NCBI GenBank assembly: GCA_015063395.1
Contig: SVUF01000002.1
Coordinates: forward strand, 1 to 59,506
DNA: 59,506 nucleotides
From: Oscillospiraceae bacterium
Lineage (GTDB): Bacteria; Bacillota; Clostridia; Oscillospirales; CAG-272
Direction of reading: 5' to 3'
Shown here: positions 8,451 to 16,749 of the stretch, one piece after another
Layout: each line of letters begins with the position of its first letter
How positions within the stretch are numbered: position 1 is the first letter of the stretch
Program-made: the position numbers and the translations under genes
Notes under the pieces: model-generated
Told to the model about the DNA's origin: nothing
Databases searched by the model: none
The model's input: only the letters and a program-made list of their open reading frames with translations

Positions 8451-9071
8451 ATGGGAATCAATACAGAGCTTCTTCGAAATACCCGAAGGGACAAAAAGCT
8501 GACCCAGGACGAAGTTGCCAAGCAGATCGGAGTATCCCGAACTTCATATCTGAAATACGAAAAAGGCACTCACGAGCCCGATTACGACACTCTTGAAAGG
8601 ATCGCAAATTATTTCGGACTCAATATTGAGGAGCTTTTGGGCGCTTCATCAAGCAGCAAGGGACCAAAGCACAGCAGTAAAACAAAAATTCCAATTCTTG
8701 GCTCGGTGCAGGCAGGTGTTCCAACAGAGGCATGCGAGGTCATCGAAGGCTATGAGGAGATCGACGAAAGCCTTGCTTCCTGCGGAACATATGTTGCACT
8801 GCGCATCAAGGGAGAAAGCATGTCTCCAAAAATCCTACCCGGTGACATTGTCATTGTAAGGCTACAGGCAGACGTTGAATCGGGAGAAGTGGCGGTTGTC
8901 TTTGTGGACGACGATGAAGCCACTGTAAAAAAGGTGGTCAAGCACTCTGACGGTGTAAGCCTCATTCCCTATAATCCGTCATACGAGCCAATGTTTTTCT
9001 CCAACCAAGAAATTCTTTCACGCCATTTGCAGATCTATGGCAAAGTTGCAGAGCTCAGAAGAAAGTTTTAA
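8451..9071 (+). CDS. XRE-HTH / S24 peptidase repressor (phage cI / LexA-like, self-cleaving type)
   Basis: N-terminal HTH LTQDEVAKQIGVSRTSYLKYEKG. C-terminal S24 domain with GESMSP (Ser nucleophile) and a downstream Lys (ATVKKV). Confidence 0.88.
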   Translation: MGINTELLRNTRRDKKLTQDEVAKQIGVSRTSYLKYEKGTHEPDYDTLERIANYFGLNIEELLGASSSSKGPKHSSKTKIPILGSVQAGVPTEACEVIEGYEEIDESLASCGTYVALRIKGESMSPKILPGDIVIVRLQADVESGEVAVVFVDDDEATVKKVVKHSDGVSLIPYNPSYEPMFFSNQEILSRHLQIYGKVAELRRKF

Positions 9072-9126
9072 AATTTGTACAAAAAGGATTTATCCTGAAA
9101 TATTATTAAAATAAGAGGTATTAATT

Positions 9127-9834
9127 ATGAAGGTTATGACATTCAACATTCAACATGCACGTAATTTTATCACAGGCGAAATCGACATTCCCCTTATGGC
9201 AAAGACCATTGAGGATCTTGGCGCTGATGTATGCGTAATGCAGGAGGTTTACGGAAAGGGCGAGGGCAAGGCTTTTGTGGGTCAGGCTGAAAAAATTGCC
9301 GAGCTTCTTGGATACAATTGCTATTTTGCTCCTGCAATCGACATCAAAGGACACGGCCCCTACGGCAACGCAATCGTCAGCCGCTATCCCATTACCTTTG
9401 CAGAGACAGTAAAGGTTCCCTCAGCACCGAGAATATATAAGGGCTACTACGAGGACAGATGCCTTCTCAAATCAATAGTAAAAACGCCCATCGGCGATCT
9501 TTGCGTAATGTGCTGTCACTTTGGACTTATGCCAAACGAAGCAGAGCTTTGCGCAAAAACTGTTGTTGATGCAATCCCCGCAGACCTCCCCACTGTATTT
9601 ATGGGAGACCTCAACCTTACTCCCGACAGCGATCTTCTTGACCCTGTCAGAAGCGTTCTTGTTGACACTGATACCTACTATAAGGGAGAATGCAATTTCA
9701 CATTCCCCAGCGATAAGCCCGACATCAAGATCGACTACATCTTTGTCAGCCGAGATATAAAGGTTGAGGAAGTAGAGATCCCAAATGTTATCGCTGCTGA
9801 CCATCTTCCCGTTGTCGCCGACATCAGCTACTGA
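9127..9834 (+). CDS. Endonuclease/exonuclease/phosphatase (EEP) family protein
   Basis: 235 aa. MTFNIQH..., CVMQEV, GDLN, and C-terminal AADHLPV are typical EEP catalytic motifs. No signal peptide. Confidence 0.8.
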   Translation: MKVMTFNIQHARNFITGEIDIPLMAKTIEDLGADVCVMQEVYGKGEGKAFVGQAEKIAELLGYNCYFAPAIDIKGHGPYGNAIVSRYPITFAETVKVPSAPRIYKGYYEDRCLLKSIVKTPIGDLCVMCCHFGLMPNEAELCAKTVVDAIPADLPTVFMGDLNLTPDSDLLDPVRSVLVDTDTYYKGECNFTFPSDKPDIKIDYIFVSRDIKVEEVEIPNVIAADHLPVVADISY

Positions 9835-9851
9835 TCTTCGGAGGACACTAA

Positions 9852-11396
9852 ATGAAGCATAATTACCGACGCACTGTTCTCGTAGGCTTTGCTTTCTTTC
9901 TCATAATTTGCTTTTGGCAAGCCTACGACACCATAGTGCCAAAAATACTGACAGACAAATTCGGAATGTCTCAAAGCATTTCGGGTATCATAATGGCGCT
10001 GGACAATATTCTTGCGCTGTTCTTGCTGCCCTTTTTTGGAGCTCTTTCTGACAAATGCACTTCAAAACACGGAAAAAGGACTCCGTTCATCACCATCGGT
10101 ACTCTTATATCTATTTTGCTGATCTTTGGGATCGCTTATGCCGATTCAATGCAGAGGGACAATATATCAGTCATAGCAGATGTAAACAGTAAGGAATGCC
10201 GTGAAGTGCTTTATAATCACCAATACTCCGAAAAGCTTATTACCCCTGACGGAGTTGAATTCAGTGTCAAGGACATTGAAAGACAGACCTTCATGGAGAT
10301 CACAACAGATACAAAATGGGATACAGATCTTCAGGGAAAAACATATAAGGACGGATTTTCTCCTTATACAAACTATATCGTTCCTGCCATGCAGTCATAT
10401 GCAGGCGATGCAACCTCCTCCAACCCAACGCCTTTGATTCTTTTCATCGTTATGCTTCTTCTGCTTCTTCTGGCAATGTCGGTGTTCCGCTCTCCTGCGG
10501 TTGCCCTCATGCCCGATGTAACTCCAAAGCCTTTGCGATCCAAGGCAAATGCAGTGATCAACCTCATGGGAGCTGTAGGTGGAATTTTGGTTCTTGTCAT
10601 CGGCATTCTTCTGAAAACAGGAGCATTTGAAAATGCCCTCATGTCGTATATGGGATTTTTCACTGCAATTGCGGCAATTATGCTCATATCCCTTGTTATA
10701 TTCATTTTCACCGTAAAAGAACCTAAGCTTGTGGAGCTTATGAAAAAAGAATCACGGGAGCTTGGAGTTCAAGATGATGAGGATGAAGAGGGTGAAAAGA
10801 CACCCGGCACATTCTCCGCAATTTCAAGAGAAAAGAAAATATCCCTTGTTCTGATCCTTGTGTCCGTTGCCCTTTGGTATATGGGATACAACGCCGTTGC
10901 AAGTAAGTATTCCGTATACGCAGGAAGCGTACTTCAAAAGGATTATAACATGACACTTATCGTCGCCCAGGCAGCCGCCATTCTGTCATATATCCCTGTA
11001 GGAATCATTTCCACAAAAACAGGACGTAAAAAGGCGATCCTTGCAGGAGTACTCATGCTGACTGTGGCAGTTACGGGAGCGTCCTTTGTAAATGCCTCAA
11101 CGCCTACGCTTCTTATGAATATACTTTTCGCCCTCGCGGGTATCGGTTGGGCTACGATCAACGTTAATTCATTCCCAATGGTAGTTGAGCTTTCCAACGA
11201 GGGTAACGTGGGAAAATACACAGGTTACTACTATACCGCTTCTATGGCAGCTCAGACGGTCACTCCTTTTATCAGCGGTCTTTTAATGGACAATTTCGGT
11301 CTTCGAATCCTATTCCCTTACGCAGCAGTTTTCGTATCAGCCGCTTTTGTCACAATGTTCTTTGTAAAACAGGGCGACAGTAAAATAAAAGGTTAA
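9852..11396 (+). CDS. MFS transporter, GPH/SLC45-like glycoside symporter family
   Basis: 514 aa, about 12 TM helices, signature GALSDKCTSKHGKRTPF after TM2, large insert after TM3. Confidence 0.8.
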   Translation: MKHNYRRTVLVGFAFFLIICFWQAYDTIVPKILTDKFGMSQSISGIIMALDNILALFLLPFFGALSDKCTSKHGKRTPFITIGTLISILLIFGIAYADSMQRDNISVIADVNSKECREVLYNHQYSEKLITPDGVEFSVKDIERQTFMEITTDTKWDTDLQGKTYKDGFSPYTNYIVPAMQSYAGDATSSNPTPLILFIVMLLLLLLAMSVFRSPAVALMPDVTPKPLRSKANAVINLMGAVGGILVLVIGILLKTGAFENALMSYMGFFTAIAAIMLISLVIFIFTVKEPKLVELMKKESRELGVQDDEDEEGEKTPGTFSAISREKKISLVLILVSVALWYMGYNAVASKYSVYAGSVLQKDYNMTLIVAQAAAILSYIPVGIISTKTGRKKAILAGVLMLTVAVTGASFVNASTPTLLMNILFALAGIGWATINVNSFPMVVELSNEGNVGKYTGYYYTASMAAQTVTPFISGLLMDNFGLRILFPYAAVFVSAAFVTMFFVKQGDSKIKG

Positions 11397-11421
11397 TTCA
11401 CTACTGATTATTTCATTGCTA

Positions 11422-11450
11422 TTGACAAAACAAACAATATGTAGTACAAT
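11422..11450 (+). promoter_or_regulatory. Promoter for the GH89 gene (TTGACA, 17 nt, TACAAT)
   Basis: Consensus hexamers with 17-nt spacing, 35 nt upstream of the RBS AAAGGAG. Confidence 0.55.
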
Positions 11451-11485
11451 ATTTCTTGTAATATTCTATAACAAAGGAGAAAAAC

Positions 11486-14400
11486 ATGAAACATTCAGCA
11501 AAAAGATTTTTGACGCTTCTGCTTGTGTTTGCAATGATGGTTCCGCTGTTTGCGGCAATGGATCTTACTTCCATCGCGGCACACAGTAACGTCGCCCCCG
11601 GTAAAACCGTTACAGGCGGCGGATCCATGCATGATAATGCAGTTGACGGAAACATCGACACCTATTGGGACGGAGCAGCTTGCCCCACAGCCCTCACCCT
11701 TGACCTTGAGGCAGAATACGAGATCTCAAGGATAAAGGTTGTTCCCTACTATGCAGACGGACGTGTATACACATTCAATGTGTACTACTCCCTCGACGGA
11801 ACAAACTTCACTCTTTACGGTGAGAAAAAGGACACAGCAAAAACAACCTCCAACGGATTCACATTTACAAAGGATGTAAATGCCAGATACGTTAAGGTTG
11901 AAATGCTCACAAACTCCGCAAATCCTGCAGGTCACATCAATGAGCTTATGGTTTACGGCGAAAAGGTTGGCGGAAACAATGATACAGTTGACCCCAACGA
12001 CCCCAACAACCTTGCTTATAACAAGCCCACACGTACAAATGCAGTTGGAAGCTTCCCCGAGTTTGCAGTTGACGGCAACTCCAAATCGGGTTGGAACGGA
12101 AAAGACTTCCCCAACTATATTGACATCGACCTTCTTTCCAACTACAACCTTTCCAAGATTGTAGTTGAAATGCCTTCAGGAAGCTGGGGCTACAAGATTT
12201 ACGGTTCTCTTGACGGTATCACATTTGACGAAATCGCAAACCACGACCGCGCCGATGTTAAGGCAGGCGGTGACGTATTTGAATTCAAAAAAGACACTGT
12301 TTACAGAATTGTAAGAGTTAATGTTACATATTCTTCCGGCGGTCTTGGAGGAAGCTCCAATATTCGCGAAGTAAAGATCTACGGAGAAGCCTCATCAACA
12401 CCCGTTGTTCCCACAAGGGACAAGATGGAGTTCACCTCCTATACAGAATGGCTTAAGGATAAGTACGGCGTAAACCTCCCCGAAAACTACACAGTTGAGG
12501 ATACATACACCGATGCTGATACCTATGAAGCAGTTTACGGTCTTATCGACAGAATTCTCGGATCAAAGTACCGTTCATGGTTTACATTCGAGATTGCGGC
12601 TTCAACCGACGGACTTGATTATTATGAGATCTCCATGAAGGACAATAAGGTACATATCAAGGGTAATGTAGGTGTAAGCCTTACCACAGGTCTTAACTAT
12701 TACCTCAAGTATTACTGTAATGTTCACGTTTCTCAGCAGACAGAAAACGTAAAGATGCCCGAGGAAATGCCCAAGGTTAAAGAAACAGTACGCACCGCTT
12801 CTCCCTATGAAGTAAGATATGCTTACAACTACTGTACACTTTCCTACACAATGCCCTTCTACGGATACGATGAATGGCAGAGAGAGCTTGATTATCTTGC
12901 ACTCTCCGGCGTTAACCTTATTCTTGACACAACAGCAACCGAGGCTCTGTGGGTAATGTACCTCCAGCAGTTCGGATACACCCTTGACGAAGCCAAGAAC
13001 TTTGTATGCGGATATGCTTATAAGGCTTGGTGGCTTATGGGTAACCTTGAAAACTACGGCGGTTCAGTTTCTGACGCTTGGGTTCAGGATACACTTGAAC
13101 TTGCAAGAGTAAACCAGAGATTCATGACCGTTCTCGGAATTCAGCCCTGTCTTCAGGGATTCATGGGAACACTTCCCACAACATTTGAGACAATCGCAGA
13201 CGAAAATCTCACCAAGAGAGGATTTTCTCACATTTCCGATTACATGGTAGCTCAGGGAACATGGTCAGGATTTACACGTCCTCCTCTTCTCAAGACTACA
13301 TATGACGGATATGACACACTTGCAGATACATTCTATGATACACAGAAATTCCTTTACGGCGACATCACCGACTATTATGCAGGTGACCTTGCCCACGAAG
13401 GCGGCGTAATTCCTTCCGACCTTTCCAGAAGCCTTATGGCGTCACAGATCCTCGGTCACATGATGGACAACGACGAGGACGCAGTATGGATCATTCAGTG
13501 CTGGTGGGGCAACCCCGAAAAAGCAGTTCTTGACGGCTTCGGCAAGTACCGTGAGGACCACGTTCTTGTTCTTGACCTTAATGCGACTGTTGAACCCAAC
13601 TATGCTAACTCAACCTCATGGGGCGGCAAGGAATGGAACTCTACAGGCTGGGTATTCTGTATGCTTGACAACTACGGCGGACGTCCCGGCGTACACGGTG
13701 AGCTTGAATTCACAATGAAAGAGATCATCAAGGCATACAAGTCCACAAAGCACATGAAGGGTATCGGTCTTGTATCCGAGGGTACACAGATGAACCCCGT
13801 ATGTCAGGAGCTTCTTTGGGAAATGGCATGGCATACCGAAGAAATCGATATGGACGAGTGGATCAAGAATTACACCATCCGCAGATACGGTGAAGAAAAT
13901 GAAAATATCCTGAAGGCATGGGATATCCTCATGGATACTGCTTACGGCTATTCAGGCGGACACGACTTCAACACCAACTCCGTAATCAACATGCTTCCTT
14001 CTCTTTCACCCTCAGCGATTTCCGGATCATATACTCTTGACTATGACCCCGTAGAATTCGAAAAGGCTGTTGAATATTTTATGGAAGACTTCATGTACTT
14101 CAAGGACAATGAGTGCTATGTTTATGACGTAGTCGACCTTCTTAAGCAGCTTGTTTCCAACTCTCAGGCGGTATACTTCAACACAATGATCGAAGCATAC
14201 AACGAAAAAGAAATGGACGAGTTCAAGGAAATGAAGGAAAAGTTCCTTTACGGTATACTTCTCCTTGACGAGATCTGTATGTACGAAATCGACAGCACAA
14301 CAGGCGAATGGATCGGCAGAGTTGATGACTGGTGCAACGATAAGCGCACAGGCGACTATGACGATTATACAGAATACATGATGAAGCTCAATGCAAAGGC

Positions 14401-15622
14401 GATCATCACAGCTTGGTGCAGCAAGATCCTCCATACATATGCTTACCGTCAGTATGCAGGACTTCTTGGAGAATACAACTATCCTATGTGGGAAGAATGG
14501 CTCAATGCTCTTGAAGCAGGAAAATCACTTCCCAATTCCCGTGATTTCTTTGAATATGCTTGGAACTTTGTTGCAGGTGAAAATGAATATGCAAGAAAGG
14601 TTCTTGACCCTGCAGGCGGAGCAATCAACCGCGGACTTCCTACACTTTACAACGAGATCAAGAAAACATACCTTGTAAATGATGCTGTTGAGCTTCCCAG
14701 CATTAAGTACAACATCTCAAACTTCGCTGAGGCTTACGCCCTCCTTCAGCAGACAAATCACCCCGCTTCCTCAGTTAATGACGGAGATATGGGCAGCCTT
14801 TGGATCTCCACATCTTCATCATTCCCCTGTCATGTAGGTCTTAAGTTCCAGAACAGCGTATATGTTGACGAAATCGTTGTTGTTTCCGAAACAAGAGGAA
14901 CTCCCGGCGCAGACCAGATGCAGCTTGAGGTTCAGGTTAAGGTTGACGGCAAGTACGAAACTGTTTATACAGGCTCTTCATATGACGCAAAGAATAAATC
15001 CTACTCCGTAACAGTTAAGCTTGAAAAAGCGGTCCTCACCGATGATATTAAGGTTACACTTAAATCCAAGGCTGCAGGAAGCCAGATCTGGCCCGCACTT
15101 GCTGAAATTAAGGTAATGTCTTACACAACTCTCGGCGTTAAGGACGAAAGCGTTGTTAAGCTCAACGAGGAAACAAAGAAGTACGAAACAAGCGCAACAA
15201 CAACTGTTTCCGCTCTTAAGGCAGCTCTTGAAGCTCGTCAGGGCGAGATCACAATTGTAGACGCAGACGGCAACGTAATTGCTGATACAGAGGCAATCAA
15301 ATCAGGATACTTCGCAGTTCTTACATATAACAACAAGGAGTTTGACCGTGTTGAGATCACAGTGGCAGGCGCAACACCTCCTGTAACACCTACACCCACA
15401 CCTGATACAACTCCCGTTGTTACTCCCGACAAGACTCCCGATGTAACACCCAACACAACTCCTGACAAGACTCCCGCTAACACCGAGACTCCTGCAGGAA
15501 AGCCTACAGAAACTCCTACTCCCGACAGCGACAATTCAGTTGTTATTATCGTTATCGCAGTTGTAGTTATCCTCGGCGTTGCAGTTGCAGCATACTTCCT
15601 TGTTATTAAGAAAAAGAAATAA
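11486..15622 (+). CDS. Cell-surface alpha-N-acetylglucosaminidase (GH89/NAGLU) with F5/8-type-C (CBM32-like) modules, PT-rich linker and C-terminal TM anchor
   Basis: 1378 aa. Signal peptide, then two discoidin-like modules (NAVDGN..YW, FAVDGNSKSGW). NAGLU core YRYAYNYCTLSYTMPFYGYDEWQRELDYLALSGVNL...AWWLMGNLENYGG. A third discoidin-like module, (TP)n linker, TM, KKKK. Confidence 0.88.
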   Translation: MKHSAKRFLTLLLVFAMMVPLFAAMDLTSIAAHSNVAPGKTVTGGGSMHDNAVDGNIDTYWDGAACPTALTLDLEAEYEISRIKVVPYYADGRVYTFNVYYSLDGTNFTLYGEKKDTAKTTSNGFTFTKDVNARYVKVEMLTNSANPAGHINELMVYGEKVGGNNDTVDPNDPNNLAYNKPTRTNAVGSFPEFAVDGNSKSGWNGKDFPNYIDIDLLSNYNLSKIVVEMPSGSWGYKIYGSLDGITFDEIANHDRADVKAGGDVFEFKKDTVYRIVRVNVTYSSGGLGGSSNIREVKIYGEASSTPVVPTRDKMEFTSYTEWLKDKYGVNLPENYTVEDTYTDADTYEAVYGLIDRILGSKYRSWFTFEIAASTDGLDYYEISMKDNKVHIKGNVGVSLTTGLNYYLKYYCNVHVSQQTENVKMPEEMPKVKETVRTASPYEVRYAYNYCTLSYTMPFYGYDEWQRELDYLALSGVNLILDTTATEALWVMYLQQFGYTLDEAKNFVCGYAYKAWWLMGNLENYGGSVSDAWVQDTLELARVNQRFMTVLGIQPCLQGFMGTLPTTFETIADENLTKRGFSHISDYMVAQGTWSGFTRPPLLKTTYDGYDTLADTFYDTQKFLYGDITDYYAGDLAHEGGVIPSDLSRSLMASQILGHMMDNDEDAVWIIQCWWGNPEKAVLDGFGKYREDHVLVLDLNATVEPNYANSTSWGGKEWNSTGWVFCMLDNYGGRPGVHGELEFTMKEIIKAYKSTKHMKGIGLVSEGTQMNPVCQELLWEMAWHTEEIDMDEWIKNYTIRRYGEENENILKAWDILMDTAYGYSGGHDFNTNSVINMLPSLSPSAISGSYTLDYDPVEFEKAVEYFMEDFMYFKDNECYVYDVVDLLKQLVSNSQAVYFNTMIEAYNEKEMDEFKEMKEKFLYGILLLDEICMYEIDSTTGEWIGRVDDWCNDKRTGDYDDYTEYMMKLNAKAIITAWCSKILHTYAYRQYAGLLGEYNYPMWEEWLNALEAGKSLPNSRDFFEYAWNFVAGENEYARKVLDPAGGAINRGLPTLYNEIKKTYLVNDAVELPSIKYNISNFAEAYALLQQTNHPASSVNDGDMGSLWISTSSSFPCHVGLKFQNSVYVDEIVVVSETRGTPGADQMQLEVQVKVDGKYETVYTGSSYDAKNKSYSVTVKLEKAVLTDDIKVTLKSKAAGSQIWPALAEIKVMSYTTLGVKDESVVKLNEETKKYETSATTTVSALKAALEARQGEITIVDADGNVIADTEAIKSGYFAVLTYNNKEFDRVEITVAGATPPVTPTPTPDTTPVVTPDKTPDVTPNTTPDKTPANTETPAGKPTETPTPDSDNSVVIIVIAVVVILGVAVAAYFLVIKKKK

Positions 15623-15705
15623 TTAATTGAAGCATGGTTTTTCAAAAACCGCCCAAGAAGCTTTTCTACAAAAGCTTCTTGGCAACTTCAAAAAATTCTA
15701 ACAAT

Positions 15706-15747
15706 AAAAAACGTGTTTTTACTTTCTTGAGTAAAAACACGTTTTTT
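15706..15747. terminator. Bidirectional rho-independent terminator between the GH89 gene and prmA
   Basis: AAAAACGTGTTTTTAC / GTAAAAACACGTTTTT stem with T-runs on both strands. A second hairpin lies at 15653..15682. Confidence 0.7.
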
Positions 15748-15770
15748 ATATTTACTTTTTTAGTTTTTGG

Positions 15771-16685
15771 TCAAAGCTTTCTGAATACAAAGGATACCCA
15801 ATCGTTTTCGGGAAGCATATCCGCAAGCTCGTATCCATTTGCAAGGAATGCGTCCTTGACCTCATCCGACTTTTGAATGATGATTCCCGAGGTAACCACA
15901 AGAGCACCGGGTTTAATATATTTATGAAGGTCGCCAACCATTCTGAGAATAATGTCTGCAACAATATTGGCAAGCACCAAGTCAAAGCCATCAGTTTCAA
16001 CACCTGCAAGAAGATCGGATTCTCCGCAGGTTATATTAGTACATCCGTTATCTCTTACATTCTCTCTTGCAACTCTTACAGCAACGGGGTCAATATCATA
16101 TGCATAAATATCTCCCGATCCGAGAAGGGATGCCGCAATTGACAAAATACCGCTTCCTGTACCGACATCAAGGATCTTGTCACCCTTTTGAAGATATTTT
16201 TCAAGCATTGTCAGACAAAGTCTTGTTGTTTCATGGGTACCTGTTCCAAACGCCATTCCCGGATCCATCAAAACCACAGTTTCGCCCTCTTTTGCCTCGT
16301 ATTTTTCCCAAGGAGGCGTTACAACAATGTTTTTTCCGATATGTATGGGATGATAGAATTTTTTCCACTCGTTTGCCCAATCTTCTTCGTCAAGTCCTAC
16401 AAGCTCAAGCTTCACATCAAGCCCAAGATTCAAAAATCTTTCCCTCAAAAATGCAACTGCATCTGAAAGGCTTTTTTCCTCGGGAATGAAAATACTTGCC
16501 TTGGCAATTGTTTTGTCGGAATTGAGGATCGATTCGTCAATAAGCTCTCCGTATACAGTCATAAGGTTCTCTTCGATATCACTATAATCCTCGACCATAA
16601 GTGAATTATCCACCATGCTCATAACCGCTGATACTGTATCAAGCTCTTCTATACTACAGGTCACCCTGATTTGTGTCCATTCCAT
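15771..16685 (-). CDS. prmA: Ribosomal protein L11 methyltransferase
   Basis: 304 aa. SAM motif VLDVGTGSGILSIAA. Follows dnaJ as in Bacillus. Confidence 0.93.
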   Translation of the reverse strand: MEWTQIRVTCSIEELDTVSAVMSMVDNSLMVEDYSDIEENLMTVYGELIDESILNSDKTIAKASIFIPEEKSLSDAVAFLRERFLNLGLDVKLELVGLDEEDWANEWKKFYHPIHIGKNIVVTPPWEKYEAKEGETVVLMDPGMAFGTGTHETTRLCLTMLEKYLQKGDKILDVGTGSGILSIAASLLGSGDIYAYDIDPVAVRVARENVRDNGCTNITCGESDLLAGVETDGFDLVLANIVADIILRMVGDLHKYIKPGALVVTSGIIIQKSDEVKDAFLANGYELADMLPENDWVSFVFRKL

Positions 16686-16749
16686 ATTTATTACTCCTTA
16701 TTATTTTTTAAGGGGGAACTTTATGAAAAAGGTTCCCCCTTGTAATATA

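Larger units (their letters stand above)
5876..9071. mobile_element. Prophage remnant or orphan terminase module: repressor switch, four small ORFs, terL
   Basis: Divergent promoters between an XRE-S24 repressor and a leftward operon ending in terL. No integrase, portal, capsid, tail or lysis genes. Flanked by core genes. Confidence 0.7.

Noticed and set aside
15238-15645. 135-aa ORF rich in GV/TT repeats (and the analogous 21743..22048 and 24698..24937) that might look like a repeat protein or a tandem DNA repeat
   Set aside because: It is the antisense reading of the Pro/Thr-rich linker and TM anchor of the GH89 gene and the paralogue genes. The periodic ACNCCN codons are a protein linker, not a CRISPR array or a VNTR: spacers and repeats are not defined and the lengths are irregular.
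16710-16741. Hairpin AAGGGGGAAC...GTTCCCCCTT between dnaJ and prmA as a terminator
   Set aside because: On the transcribed (minus) strand it is followed by an A-run, not a U-run. On the plus strand the T-run precedes it. It is more likely a stability or processing hairpin within the dnaJ-prmA transcript, so I did not call it a terminator.
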